Shown: one piece after another, positions 48,435 to 59,180 of the stretch
Numbering within the stretch: the first letter of the stretch is position 1
Layout of the letters: every line of letters starts with the position of its first letter
Source of the DNA: Desulfurococcaceae archaeon
Lineage (GTDB): Archaea > Thermoproteota > Thermoprotei_A > Sulfolobales > Desulfurococcaceae
DNA: 64,000 nt
Assembly: GCA_038824035.1 (NCBI GenBank)
Contig: JAWBBW010000004.1
Location: 34,243-98,242 of the forward strand
Reading direction: 5' to 3'
Translations under genes and position numbers: made by a program
Notes under the pieces: model-generated
The model's database searches: none
What the model was told of the DNA's origin: nothing
The model's input: the letters and a program-made list of their open reading frames with translations, nothing else

Positions 48435-49781
48435 TCACCCTTGTCTTAGCACGTTTTTCGCGTACTCAATAGTCCTCTTGACCAAGTCCTTTATACAACC
48501 TAGATAGTTCTCCGGTCTAAGTAGTTTTATTAATTCATCTCTAGTGAAATAATTGGTGAGTTCGGGATCCCGCATTACAGCGTCCACTAATGTCTCACCT
48601 TCCCTGATAGACCTGGATATATCCATTATCTTGCTATGTGCCTTGTGGCGCGGCCAGCCTTTCTCAACTAGTTTCACCATTAACAACTCGCTGTAAATGA
48701 GCCCCTTCGTTATCTCGATATTCCTTCTACCAGCCTCCGTGTTCACGTAAAGGGTATCAAGTAACTTAGCCATGTCATTCAACATCTGGTCTATGATTAG
48801 GAACGCGTGTGGTATCAATATCCTCTCACTGGAGCTATTAGTCAGATCCCTTTCATGCATCAAGGGTATGTTCTCTAATGCCGTTACGACTAACCCTCTC
48901 ATGACCTTGGCTAAGCCCGATATCCTCTCCGAGATAACGGGGTTTCTCTTATGAGGCATGGTGCTACTGCCGATCCTGGGGCTGGACTCGTATAGCTCAT
49001 TGATCTCAGGCCTAGACAGCTCCCTGACTTCCAGTGCAAATCTATCAAGCTGGGATGCCAATATAGCCAGGACAGCTATTAACTCAGCAAAGCCATCCCT
49101 GGGAGCTATCTGCGTTGATATGATATGGGGCTCTATACCTAGCTCTTGGGAAACAACTTTCTCGATCAAAAGCCCCTTATCACCCCACGCCGCCATAGAG
49201 CCCACTGCACCCGATATTTTAGCTCTCACAATCCTTTTCTCTATTTCAACTAGTCTTTCATAACTCCTCGTCAACTCGTAGACATAGTTAGCGAATTTGA
49301 AGCCAAAGGTTATTGGAACAGCATGTTGGCCATGAGTTCTACCAGGCTCTACTGCATCAATGTACATGTTTGACATGTTCATCAATCTCTCCATTATAGC
49401 CCCTAGTTTCCTCTTAACAATGCCGAGAGCGTCCTTAATTAAAAGGGCCCAGGCAGTATCAACTACATCATAACTCGTAGCCCCGAGATGGACGTATTTA
49501 CCACACTCACCACATCTATCGCCTAATATATATGTCATCGCTGCTATGTCGTGTCCTAGTGTCTTCTCTTTTTCATATATCTCCCAGGGCTCTACGTTCG
49601 CGCTACACCTGTCAAACTCCTCTACGCAATGAGGAGGAGCCATTCCGGCTTCTACGAGCCCTTTCATCAACGCTCTTTCCACCTTTATGTAAATGTTCAC
49701 CATGTTTGGCAACGTAAATATCTGCCTCATCTCGGGAGATCCGTATCGCCATTCGAATACACAAACACGTTCATAACTCAT
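48435..49781 (-). CDS. purB: Adenylosuccinate lyase
   Basis: RYGS, HLGATSYD, GRTHGQHA, GSSTMPHKRNP, HERDLTNSSSER. Confidence 0.95.
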   Translation of the reverse strand: MSYERVCVFEWRYGSPEMRQIFTLPNMVNIYIKVERALMKGLVEAGMAPPHCVEEFDRCSANVEPWEIYEKEKTLGHDIAAMTYILGDRCGECGKYVHLGATSYDVVDTAWALLIKDALGIVKRKLGAIMERLMNMSNMYIDAVEPGRTHGQHAVPITFGFKFANYVYELTRSYERLVEIEKRIVRAKISGAVGSMAAWGDKGLLIEKVVSQELGIEPHIISTQIAPRDGFAELIAVLAILASQLDRFALEVRELSRPEINELYESSPRIGSSTMPHKRNPVISERISGLAKVMRGLVVTALENIPLMHERDLTNSSSERILIPHAFLIIDQMLNDMAKLLDTLYVNTEAGRRNIEITKGLIYSELLMVKLVEKGWPRHKAHSKIMDISRSIREGETLVDAVMRDPELTNYFTRDELIKLLRPENYLGCIKDLVKRTIEYAKNVLRQG

Positions 49782-49790
49782 ATCGACACC

Positions 49791-50915
49791 CTATGTTATT
49801 ATTTCGCTTAGACAACCCATTCGAGCACACTCTTTGATCTCGATTGCTATTCTCCTGCCAAGGCTTATTGGACGCCCGAAATATAACTTGCTGTACTGGC
49901 TACCTATTCCCATATATGCATTGGTGCCTCCACCTATTCTTGGAGCCACATCATATACCACTGGTTCCAGGTTCTTTGTTATCATCAATTGCAATGTAAA
50001 CGGCCCTATAATACCGGGCGGCTCTATTTTCCTCGTAGCATCTACAAATTTCTCCCCTATCTCGTATACTCTCTCTAATAAACTCTCTCTCATAGTTACT
50101 GGGATGTGTCCAACCTCTATCATCTCGATATCGAAGTGATCTTTCAAATCGATCTGTATGTCGGCAGGTAACCTTATGAAACCATCTATATCAGACTGTA
50201 TTCTCCTATCAATACTGATCAATTCTAATCTACTATATGCAACTGAATAGAAATAATTAACATTGAAATGCGCCCCTAACACGAATTCCTCGATCGACAT
50301 TTTATCTATATCTTCTTTTCTCACGACACCTGCGTGGACTAGCTTATTAAATCTCCTGTAAAAATCATCTCTATCCACCGCTATGAAAAATCCCCTTTCA
50401 ACACGTTTAATGGCATGCGGTATCTTAACAATCACTGGCCTATCTATTTCATCGGGGTTTCCGAATGTCCTGGGCCTTTTAATACCAGCCAAGTCCAGTA
50501 TTCTATAGTAGTTTTTCTCGCCAACTCTCTCTTCATATCTCAACAGGTATCTATTGCCAAAAACGGGAACTGTGAAATATCTCTCAATGTTCTCATATCC
50601 CACATAGACAGCGAAACTCCTATTGGGTATAAAGATCGTGTTTTTCTCTATCAATTTCCCTATGATCTCCGGTTTGACCACATCAACGAATTTCTCGAGG
50701 ATTAGTACCTCGCCTATGAGCCCTGGGAACAGTGCTGTGTATGTTTTCTCGCGTCCTTTCTGGCAAATCGCTATTGTTTTAAAGCCTTCATCACGGGCTC
50801 CATCAAACACATCTAAAGCCGAATGACTGGCTATGCATGATATGGTTATTTTGTCCTTGCTATATGAGTTTAGGACACTTGTTACATCTATCTTAGAGCT
50901 CGACAACTCTATCAC
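49791..50915 (-). CDS. PurP-like ATP-grasp protein (second paralog)
   Basis: [38 protein letters not shown]. Confidence 0.82.
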   Translation of the reverse strand: MIELSSSKIDVTSVLNSYSKDKITISCIASHSALDVFDGARDEGFKTIAICQKGREKTYTALFPGLIGEVLILEKFVDVVKPEIIGKLIEKNTIFIPNRSFAVYVGYENIERYFTVPVFGNRYLLRYEERVGEKNYYRILDLAGIKRPRTFGNPDEIDRPVIVKIPHAIKRVERGFFIAVDRDDFYRRFNKLVHAGVVRKEDIDKMSIEEFVLGAHFNVNYFYSVAYSRLELISIDRRIQSDIDGFIRLPADIQIDLKDHFDIEMIEVGHIPVTMRESLLERVYEIGEKFVDATRKIEPPGIIGPFTLQLMITKNLEPVVYDVAPRIGGGTNAYMGIGSQYSKLYFGRPISLGRRIAIEIKECARMGCLSEIIT

Positions 50916-51906
50916 CTGCCCAATCTATATGTAACCTCACGATTCCTTGACCGGGTTTAACATGACCAAGTATGTATGGGTAAAAACCATGTCTATGAAT
51001 CATGGACACGAGCTCGTCCACACGGGATTTATGCGTGGTTAGGACAAGACCTATACCCATGTTGAAAACCCTGTAAGCCTCGTCGAGCGGGATATCCCCT
51101 TTTTCCATTAATAACCTGAATATGGGCATAGGTGGGGGTGGTCTCAGCTCCATGTCAAGTGATTCACTTAATACTCTTTTCAACTTACTCCACCCGCCAC
51201 CGGTTACATGGGCAATGGAGTTCGCGATGCCGTTTTCCACGGCCTCTAACGCCAGGTTATAATATATTGCCGTTGGCTTACTTAATTCGTCCCCGATATT
51301 TATCCCATCGATTTCCTTGTTGTAATCACCTATCACTTCTTCCACGATCTTCCTGGCCAGGCTATAGCCATTTGCATGTAAACCATAACTATTCACCCCT
51401 ATCACCACATCATAGCTCTGTGCCTTGTTTTGAAACGGCTTTCTCCTAATTGCCAGGGCTATGCATACAACATCTAGGCCCCTCACTACACCAGGCATTA
51501 TGGCCGTCTCGCCAGATATTATCGGGGCCTTAACGCGGATCAACGCATCCTCGATGCCCTTCATGACCTCTGCATACATGTTTACATCTGGTTTTTCCAT
51601 AGCTATGTAATCGGAGAAAGCGAGTGCCCTGAAACCGTCACAGGCGATGTCATTTGCATTCATAACCACACAGTCCCATCCAGCTATTCTTAGTTTACCG
51701 GTCTTCAATAAGACCAATGTCTTTGTCCCAACACCATCTACATGTATCCCTATATCCCCTATTTCGCCCCGGATGAACTGAACATATCCCCCTATATTGC
51801 CTATTTCCACACCTATATGCGAACTAGTTTTCTCCACGATCTTTCTCGCTATCATGTGCATTTGCCTATGTATATCGAGGTCAACCCCTGCATCACGATA
51901 TCTCAT
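50893..51906 (-). CDS. purM: Phosphoribosylformylglycinamidine cyclo-ligase (AIR synthetase)
   Basis: [39 protein letters not shown]. Confidence 0.92.
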   Translation of the reverse strand: MRYRDAGVDLDIHRQMHMIARKIVEKTSSHIGVEIGNIGGYVQFIRGEIGDIGIHVDGVGTKTLVLLKTGKLRIAGWDCVVMNANDIACDGFRALAFSDYIAMEKPDVNMYAEVMKGIEDALIRVKAPIISGETAIMPGVVRGLDVVCIALAIRRKPFQNKAQSYDVVIGVNSYGLHANGYSLARKIVEEVIGDYNKEIDGINIGDELSKPTAIYYNLALEAVENGIANSIAHVTGGGWSKLKRVLSESLDMELRPPPPMPIFRLLMEKGDIPLDEAYRVFNMGIGLVLTTHKSRVDELVSMIHRHGFYPYILGHVKPGQGIVRLHIDWAGDRVVEL

Positions 51907-51910
51907 ATTA

Positions 51911-53308
51911 TCACCTCGAACATGCAATATCTCCTTGATATTTCAATGGAATTGGATAAAGACAGGAGAAACACGCGTGACAAACTCTGGGTAATCCAAT
52001 AGCTTTAGACAAGTTCTCTAGGGTATTATAAGCTAGGCTATCAGCATTGATTAGTTTCTTCACATCCTCAATATTATTTGAAAACGCGAGTTCCCGTTTC
52101 GAATACACATCTATTCCCATGTAACATGGGCATTTAAACGGAGGAGATGCTATTCTCGCATGCACCTCTAACGCGCCCCTGAATTTGACAAGGCTAACTA
52201 TTTGCCTCATTGTAGTTCCTCTTACAATTGAGTCATCTATTAATATGACCCTTTGTCCTTGAATAGCTGTCTTTATGGCATTGTACTTGAGACTTGATAT
52301 CAGGCTACGCATATTGGGCGGTGTTATAAACCCTCTGCCTACATATCTGTTCACGAAAAGGCCCTCTATATATGGGATCCCGGATTTACTGCTATATCCA
52401 AGGGCTATTATCCTACCCCCCTCTGGCACCGGGATCACTACATCTCCATCCACTGGTTCAACTGTGGCCAGTAACTCACCCATTTTAAAACGAGCATCAT
52501 ATACACTTATGTTGTTGAATACCGTGTCAGGTCTACTGAAGTATACATATTCAAATACACATGGGGATGGATCTATGTTTCCACGTGCCCTTGTCCTTTC
52601 AACAACGTGTCCATCGTAGGATATTATCTCTCCATAACCAACTTCTCTCCATGTTTGAAGCCCCATCACCTCCAATGCCGGGTTCTCGGAGGCGACGTAA
52701 AAGCCATCGTTTACTGCATAAACCAATGGATGAAAACCATGTAAATCCCTGGCAACGACTATTCTTGGTTCATTAGTTAATACAACCAGGCTATAAGCAC
52801 CGTTCACGAAACTGGGTAAATCCTTTAATGCCTCTATAACATCATATCCATTATTCATTACAAGTTTCAGCAACACTCCAGCCAGGGCAGTTGAGTCGTT
52901 ATCGAATACACTTGGATGTATTTTCTTCAAATCTATTTCCTTCCCAATATACTCAAATATCTCTGCGTAGTTGGCTATCGTGCCGTTGAATGCCATTGCT
53001 ATCTTGATCTTATCAGTCGATATCACGACTGGCTGAACTGGTGTACTGTATTCACCGGTCGTGGAATACCTGGCATGGGCTATCCCGGCTATGGCCTTGG
53101 CTGGGCTTTTAACATATTTATCGATACCCCACATAAAGTCGTATAGATGAAACCGTGTCTTGATGACTCTCAATCTCAGCTCATTACTCACGATGGCGAA
53201 TCCATAACCTTCTTGGCCCCGATGCTGTAGATTTATTAACATTTTGATCATTGTTTCGAAAATCTCTTTAAGGTCTCCTGGTTTGAAAACACCTATTATA
53301 CCACACAT
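51911..53308 (-). CDS. purF: Amidophosphoribosyltransferase
   Basis: N-terminal MCGIIG, LQHRGQE, HARYST, CVFEYVYFSRPD, DDSIVRGTT, PCYMGID, CHACF. Confidence 0.93.
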   Translation of the reverse strand: MCGIIGVFKPGDLKEIFETMIKMLINLQHRGQEGYGFAIVSNELRLRVIKTRFHLYDFMWGIDKYVKSPAKAIAGIAHARYSTTGEYSTPVQPVVISTDKIKIAMAFNGTIANYAEIFEYIGKEIDLKKIHPSVFDNDSTALAGVLLKLVMNNGYDVIEALKDLPSFVNGAYSLVVLTNEPRIVVARDLHGFHPLVYAVNDGFYVASENPALEVMGLQTWREVGYGEIISYDGHVVERTRARGNIDPSPCVFEYVYFSRPDTVFNNISVYDARFKMGELLATVEPVDGDVVIPVPEGGRIIALGYSSKSGIPYIEGLFVNRYVGRGFITPPNMRSLISSLKYNAIKTAIQGQRVILIDDSIVRGTTMRQIVSLVKFRGALEVHARIASPPFKCPCYMGIDVYSKRELAFSNNIEDVKKLINADSLAYNTLENLSKAIGLPRVCHACFSCLYPIPLKYQGDIACSR

Positions 53309-53311
53309 GTT

Positions 53312-55513
53312 CTACACGCTTTCAAGGATTTCCGAGAGCCCTTTCTCATAGATGTTTACTAATTCCCAGAGGTCTATCGATATCAATTCCACGTCTTTCT
53401 TGGTGAAGACGATAACCGGCTTGTCTATGGTCTCGCCAATAACCCCTATTACAACCCCGTGTTTTTCAGCTATTTGTTTAACTAATTCAATACTACTAGC
53501 TGGGATCTCGATTATATAACGAGCCTGTGTCTCGGAGAATAATAATTCATCCAGCCTATCACATGCTTTATGAGGTATTAATGCCGTGTCAACTTTAAAT
53601 CCTATTCTACCGAGAACGCTCATCTCAATAAGAGCTGATGCTATTCCGCCAAGTCCAATATCGTGCACAGAGTAAGCTAGATCTCTTTCTACGAGCTCAT
53701 GGATGAACCCACTCGTTTTTAGTTCCGAGACAGGTCTAGGCCTGGGTATTTCGCCTTCCTCGATACCATGCACTGTATATAGGTATTCAGATCCACCAAG
53801 TTCCGGGTACGTGATTCCCGCTATCAATATCAATGAACCTGGTTGCTTGAAATCAAAGGTCTTAGCCCTGGAGACGTCATTTACTCGTCCAATTCCAATT
53901 ATAGTTGCAGTGGGCTTTACTTGAACTCCCCTATGATCCTCATTGTAAAAGCTGACTTTTCCCCCTATTACTGGCAAACCTAGCTCGCTAGCCATCCATG
54001 CAATGCCCTTTAACATCATCTCGAAATACCAGTAATGCCATGGTTTCTCTGGGTTACCGGCATTTAATTCATCTACAATTGCAAGAGGTGTTGACCCCAC
54101 AGCTACGAGGTTCCTAAAACACTCTGCTACGACATTCGCTGCCCCATTAAATGGATCTATACTGGTATATCTCGGGTTTCCGTCTCCCTTGATCGCTATA
54201 CCCCTTTTATCGCTTAGATCGCCTGGATTTATTCTCAATACAGCTGCGTCTCCGTAGCCCGGTTTAACGATTGTTCTAACACCCACCTCATGATCATATT
54301 GTTCGAAAATCCATTTCCTCGATATTATGTTAAACGAGGAAAAGACCTTTAATACGGCCTCCCTCAGATCTACTTCTCGTAACTTATATATTGGTTTAAG
54401 CCCTTTGAGGGCATCTAATGGGGGCTCCGAATCCCTTCTAATACTCCGTGGCTTGGCGAGTTCTTTAACAGGTACATCTGCCACTTTAACACCTTTATAA
54501 TAGACCTTTAGGCGATTTGTAGAATCAGTAACGCCTATCACAGAGTACTGTAAACCATACTTCTCAAGCACCTTGATCACTTCTCCTAATTTATCTCTTC
54601 CAAGTATCAATAACATTCTCTCCTGGCTCTCAGAGACCAGTATTTCCAATGGCGTTAGATTCGTTCTAAGATGTAAATTGCTCAATTCTATTTCACCGCC
54701 AAGGTTAAACTCCGCCAGTGTCTCACTAATCGCCGTGGTTAATCCGCCACCTCCAAGATCCTTGACGTATTTGACCAGTCTTTTCCTAGCCAGCTCTAAC
54801 ACAGCGTTTATCAATAACTTCTCGGTCAACGGGTCTCCTACCTGTACAGCACCAATCTCTTGATCTACATTATCGCTCAGAGCCTTGGATGCGAAACTAC
54901 TACCAAGTAGTCCGTCCCTGCCCGTTGGGTTACCGATTATTACGATCAAATCACCTGGCTTGGCATCTCCGATGATTATCGTGTTTGACTCAACTATGCC
55001 AACGCATCCAACGTTGACTAATGGCTGTCTATTGAATGAACTATCGAACCATGTATCGCCGGCGATTGTGGGCACACCGATTCTATTTCCATAATCACTT
55101 ATGCCCTTGACAATGCCCTTGATTAGCCAATTTGCATGAGGTTCCCTTGGATCTCCCATGTATAGCAAATCTAATAGTGCTATTGGCTTAGCCCCTAGTG
55201 TTAGTACATCCCTGACAACCCCACCTATACCTGTGGCAGCTCCATTATAAGGGTCCACAGCCGATGGGTGATTGTGGCTCTCTATTTTGAAGACCACTGA
55301 AATTCCAGGAAATACTTCAATTGCAGGTGCATCTCTGCCAGGCCCTATTACAACGTGTTTGCCCTCTGAGCTGAATAATCTCAACAATAATCGACTGCTC
55401 TTATATGAACAGTGCTCACTCCATTGGGCCTCGAACATTGCTAGTTCTTCCTGGGTTGGCTCCCTTCCAAGTATAACCCTGATCTCATCTATTTCCTCGC
55501 GGGATAGGGGCAT
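53312..55513 (-). CDS. purL: FGAM synthase subunit PurL
   Basis: WSEHCSYKSS, ESHNHPS, GAATGIGG, DLGGGG, SESQERM. Confidence 0.95.
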   Translation of the reverse strand: MPLSREEIDEIRVILGREPTQEELAMFEAQWSEHCSYKSSRLLLRLFSSEGKHVVIGPGRDAPAIEVFPGISVVFKIESHNHPSAVDPYNGAATGIGGVVRDVLTLGAKPIALLDLLYMGDPREPHANWLIKGIVKGISDYGNRIGVPTIAGDTWFDSSFNRQPLVNVGCVGIVESNTIIIGDAKPGDLIVIIGNPTGRDGLLGSSFASKALSDNVDQEIGAVQVGDPLTEKLLINAVLELARKRLVKYVKDLGGGGLTTAISETLAEFNLGGEIELSNLHLRTNLTPLEILVSESQERMLLILGRDKLGEVIKVLEKYGLQYSVIGVTDSTNRLKVYYKGVKVADVPVKELAKPRSIRRDSEPPLDALKGLKPIYKLREVDLREAVLKVFSSFNIISRKWIFEQYDHEVGVRTIVKPGYGDAAVLRINPGDLSDKRGIAIKGDGNPRYTSIDPFNGAANVVAECFRNLVAVGSTPLAIVDELNAGNPEKPWHYWYFEMMLKGIAWMASELGLPVIGGKVSFYNEDHRGVQVKPTATIIGIGRVNDVSRAKTFDFKQPGSLILIAGITYPELGGSEYLYTVHGIEEGEIPRPRPVSELKTSGFIHELVERDLAYSVHDIGLGGIASALIEMSVLGRIGFKVDTALIPHKACDRLDELLFSETQARYIIEIPASSIELVKQIAEKHGVVIGVIGETIDKPVIVFTKKDVELISIDLWELVNIYEKGLSEILESV

Positions 55514-56202
55514 TACCAACCCCTTTTGAGGGAGTCTTCAAGGCTTTTGAAAACCAAGTAACCATTTCCAATGAAACCCCGTGGAGGCAAGTTTTTATTC
55601 ACCGATCTCTCGGGATGCGGCATTAGACCGAACACCAGGCCGCTTTCATCGCCCACACCGGCAATGTCATATAGGCTTCCATTGGGATTGTAACCGGGTA
55701 GGTAATATAGAACTGGCGATGTTGTCTTAATTTTATCGTATTCCTCGCGTGGAATATAGTAACGGCCCTCGGCGTGCGCAACTGGCATGTTTATCTCATC
55801 GTTATCTCTCAATAACTTAAGCCAAGGCCCCTTGGGATTAGATATTCGCGTCTTAACCCATTTACAGGTAAATCTGCCGTGTTCGTTGTATAATAATGCC
55901 CCTGGTAGTAAACCCGCCTCCACCAGTATTTGAAATCCATTACAAATACCCAACACCGGTGTACCTTTCTCGATGTCTTCTTTTACATATTCCATTGTCA
56001 TAGTTCTAGCAGCAATAGCGCCGGCTCTTAGCCAATCACCATAACTAAAACCACCAGGTATCACCACGGCGTCATATATTCCTGGTTTAAACTCTGTGTA
56101 CCACACAATCTCCGCTTCCAGGCTAGTTGTCTCCCTGAATGCCACTACCACGTCTTCGTCGCAATTTGTCCCAGGGAAACTAATCACCGCTACCCTTGCC
56201 AT
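55513..56202 (-). CDS. purQ: FGAM synthase glutaminase subunit PurQ
   Basis: FPGTNC, PGGFSYGD, GICNGFQ, AHAEG, MPHPER. Confidence 0.95.
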   Translation of the reverse strand: MARVAVISFPGTNCDEDVVVAFRETTSLEAEIVWYTEFKPGIYDAVVIPGGFSYGDWLRAGAIAARTMTMEYVKEDIEKGTPVLGICNGFQILVEAGLLPGALLYNEHGRFTCKWVKTRISNPKGPWLKLLRDNDEINMPVAHAEGRYYIPREEYDKIKTTSPVLYYLPGYNPNGSLYDIAGVGDESGLVFGLMPHPERSVNKNLPPRGFIGNGYLVFKSLEDSLKRGW

Positions 56203-56452
56203 ATTCGAATACCTCGAGGCTGTGCACAATTGGGTTATAGATCCTCAGCTTCTCACACATCTCTTTCACAATTCTTTCTGCTTCTTCAAAACTATTGGCC
56301 TCGACGTCTAGTAGGAAGAACTTGCCTGTCTCCACTTTTTTAACCATGTTATATCCTTTCTTGAGCACCAGGTCTTTGTATATTACCTCGCTCTCCGGAT
56401 CTCTGAGACCTCTCTTATATTTAACCACCACGCCTACCTTGTAAATCCTCAT
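56180..56452 (-). CDS. purS: FGAM synthase subunit PurS
   Basis: RDPE, GKFF, MCEKL..YNP; upstream of purQ. Confidence 0.88.
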   Translation of the reverse strand: MRIYKVGVVVKYKRGLRDPESEVIYKDLVLKKGYNMVKKVETGKFFLLDVEANSFEEAERIVKEMCEKLRIYNPIVHSLEVFEYGKGSGD

Positions 56453-56453
56453 A

Positions 56454-57683
56454 TTAATCACCGGGGCAAACTGTGCTTAGATAGCTATGAGCTAGGCGGG
56501 CTTTTTCAAGGGCTTCCTTTACATTATTACCTCTTGCCAGGATCACTGCCATCCGTCGATCTCTGTAGGTATATGGTTTTCCAAATACCCTTACATCCAC
56601 GCCGGGAATCGACAACGCCTTTGAAACACCGCTCAGGCTACAATCCCATGCATTGTCTTCATCAACATAGTAGGCTATGCTTACACCGGGTGATATGATC
56701 TTGGGCCTTGGCACAGGTAACCCCACTGCAGCTCTCACATGTATAGCGAATTCGCTCAATTCTTGTGTAACCATGGTCACCATGCCGGTGTCATGTGGCC
56801 GGGGCGCGACTTCGCTGAACAACACTCTTCCATCTGTTGTCAAGAACACTTCGACCCCAAATATGCCAAGGCCCCCTAAGCCGTTCGCCACTTTAATGCC
56901 TATTTCTCTTGCCTTCTCTAATATGTTGGACGACTTATCTGATGGCTGCCATGACTCTATGTAATGGTATTTCCCATATCTCCAGTGTTCTACGGGTTCG
57001 CAAGTCTCTGTGATTACTTTTCCATCTTGGTCAACATATCTATATGTCAACACCGTGAACTCTGTTTCAAGGGGTACGAACTCCTCGATAATGACTTTTT
57101 TGCTCTTACCTCTTGCATGTGATATCGCGTAATTATATGCACTGATTATTCTCTCCCTATTAAATTCCATGACCTTGACATGGCCATGCCCACTGCTACT
57201 CATCTCCGGCTTTATTATACATGGGTATCCAACTTTCTCGCATCCTTCAATGGCCTCTTCATGGTTCTCGGCGAAGTAATACCTAGTGGTGGGTAAGCCT
57301 AGTTTCTCGGCAGCGAATTTCCTCAATTCGATCCTATTCATAGCTATTTTAACAGCCATGGCGTTCGGCACTACGTGATAACCCTCTTTCTCGAGGTCTA
57401 TTAACGTGTCTGCAGCTATGGCCTCTATCTCCGGTATTATCACATTGGGATTTTCGCGTCTGACAACGGCTTTCACAGCGTTCTCGTTCAACATGTCCAC
57501 GACGTATCTACGGCTAGATACATGCATTGCCGGTGCCATGTCGTACCTATCCACGGCTATTACTTCAAACCCTAATCTAACCGCCTCTATAGCGACCTCT
57601 TTACCGAGTTCGCCACTACCCAGTAGTAATACTTTTAATGGCTTGGAGAGAGTGGTTAAAGGGATCTTGTCACGTGGATTCAT
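56454..57683 (-). CDS. purT: Formate-dependent GAR transformylase
   Basis: LLGSGELGKE, VDRY..APAM, KPEMSSSGHG, EVAPRPHDTG, SEFAIHVRA. Confidence 0.93.
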   Translation of the reverse strand: MNPRDKIPLTTLSKPLKVLLLGSGELGKEVAIEAVRLGFEVIAVDRYDMAPAMHVSSRRYVVDMLNENAVKAVVRRENPNVIIPEIEAIAADTLIDLEKEGYHVVPNAMAVKIAMNRIELRKFAAEKLGLPTTRYYFAENHEEAIEGCEKVGYPCIIKPEMSSSGHGHVKVMEFNRERIISAYNYAISHARGKSKKVIIEEFVPLETEFTVLTYRYVDQDGKVITETCEPVEHWRYGKYHYIESWQPSDKSSNILEKAREIGIKVANGLGGLGIFGVEVFLTTDGRVLFSEVAPRPHDTGMVTMVTQELSEFAIHVRAAVGLPVPRPKIISPGVSIAYYVDEDNAWDCSLSGVSKALSIPGVDVRVFGKPYTYRDRRMAVILARGNNVKEALEKARLAHSYLSTVCPGD

Positions 57684-59175
57684 TTAACCCACCCAGGAGA
57701 ACTATAAGGGGATTTGAAAACAGCCCTTTAGATGGGATCCACACATAGTACTCACCTAGAATACCCTTTGAGGTCCTATACCTATAGATCCTCCTAACTC
57801 TCTCGGCCAAACTGATCCTTTCATGCAATAACTCATATGAGCCTATATCGCTCCTATGGAAAAGGGGCCAACCATCTAGCGATCTAACATATGAGACAGC
57901 TTTCTCTGCTTTTTCATATGCACTTGGATAACCGTCGTCAACACACACGATCTCCACTGAACGCGATCCCTTCGTTACGATGCCGCTATCCCCTAGTTCT
58001 ACACTGCCATATACTACATCACACCCGAGATCCATTATACGAGCCTCATCCACTTGAACCGGATGACCTGTTGCCTCCTTTCTATGAGAAGGATAGCCTA
58101 GAGGCGCCACGGCCTTCACTATTGATACTTTTTCCTCGTTTATTACAAGCTTGTAGCCAGCTAATCTCCTATTAGCGGCGCGATCCAGTAATTCCAAGAA
58201 ATCGCTCTCAACCAAGGGAAGTATTGCCGTGATCTCCGGGTCTCCAAACCTGCTGTAGAATTCTATTATTGTTGGCCCCCAGAACCACGTCAACATCATT
58301 TGACCAGCTAGAACGCCCGTGTATTGTTCTCTCATTTCCTCGGATAATTTCCTAACTATATCCGAGACTATTTCGATGCTCCTATCATACTCCTCGATAG
58401 TCAGGAAAGGTGGTGTTTTACCTGGGCCGGCTATGCACCCCATTCCACCTGTCTCTGGGCCTATATCCCACTCGAAAGCATGCGGATGATCCTGTATAGC
58501 GGGTAATGACACGAAACTACTACCATCCGTGATCACGTGGACAGTATATTCAACCCCCTCAACCCTTTGCTCCACAAGTATCTTGTATTCAATATCATCG
58601 TAATGTTTCATCTCGTTTAATACATCTAGGGCAGCTGCTTGCTTGATCTTTGATTTCTCAGATGAGAGATATGCCCTCGTATCCCTCAGTACTCTAACAC
58701 CTTTTCCTCCAACTTGCCTAGCTGGCTTAACCACTACATCGCCAGCATATTTCATGAACTCCTCTGCCTCCTTCAAGTCTCTGAATGCCTGGAAAAACAA
58801 TCTACCAGGTATTTTATGTCTCCACATAAAACTCCTTGCAAACACCTTGCTCTGCTCTATAATCGAGAGTTTCTTAGAGGCCCCGAAAACTGTGAAACCG
58901 TTCTCTCTCAGAGCGTCTGTGACACCCGCGAACTGTGGTTCCTCCGGTCCTATTACCACGAGGTCGGGCGATATTTCCTCTGCTACCTTGACAATGTGAT
59001 CTGGACTGGGCGTGCTAGCCACATATAACTTACCCCCTGTTCTCTCCGATTCGCGTTTTAACCCTGGATTAACATAATCAGCGATCGAATACAGCTTGAC
59101 ACCAATAGTGCTTTTCAAAACGAGCTTGGCTAAGACGTGTTCCCGGGCCCCAGAGCCAATTATTAATACCTTCAT
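57670..59175 (-). CDS. purD: Phosphoribosylamine-glycine ligase
   Basis: MKVLIIGSGAREH, VIGPE, GGKGV, QDH, GPETGGMG, RFGDPE. Confidence 0.93.
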   Translation of the reverse strand: MKVLIIGSGAREHVLAKLVLKSTIGVKLYSIADYVNPGLKRESERTGGKLYVASTPSPDHIVKVAEEISPDLVVIGPEEPQFAGVTDALRENGFTVFGASKKLSIIEQSKVFARSFMWRHKIPGRLFFQAFRDLKEAEEFMKYAGDVVVKPARQVGGKGVRVLRDTRAYLSSEKSKIKQAAALDVLNEMKHYDDIEYKILVEQRVEGVEYTVHVITDGSSFVSLPAIQDHPHAFEWDIGPETGGMGCIAGPGKTPPFLTIEEYDRSIEIVSDIVRKLSEEMREQYTGVLAGQMMLTWFWGPTIIEFYSRFGDPEITAILPLVESDFLELLDRAANRRLAGYKLVINEEKVSIVKAVAPLGYPSHRKEATGHPVQVDEARIMDLGCDVVYGSVELGDSGIVTKGSRSVEIVCVDDGYPSAYEKAEKAVSYVRSLDGWPLFHRSDIGSYELLHERISLAERVRRIYRYRTSKGILGEYYVWIPSKGLFSNPLIVLLGGLNEST

Positions 59176-59180
59176 GCATA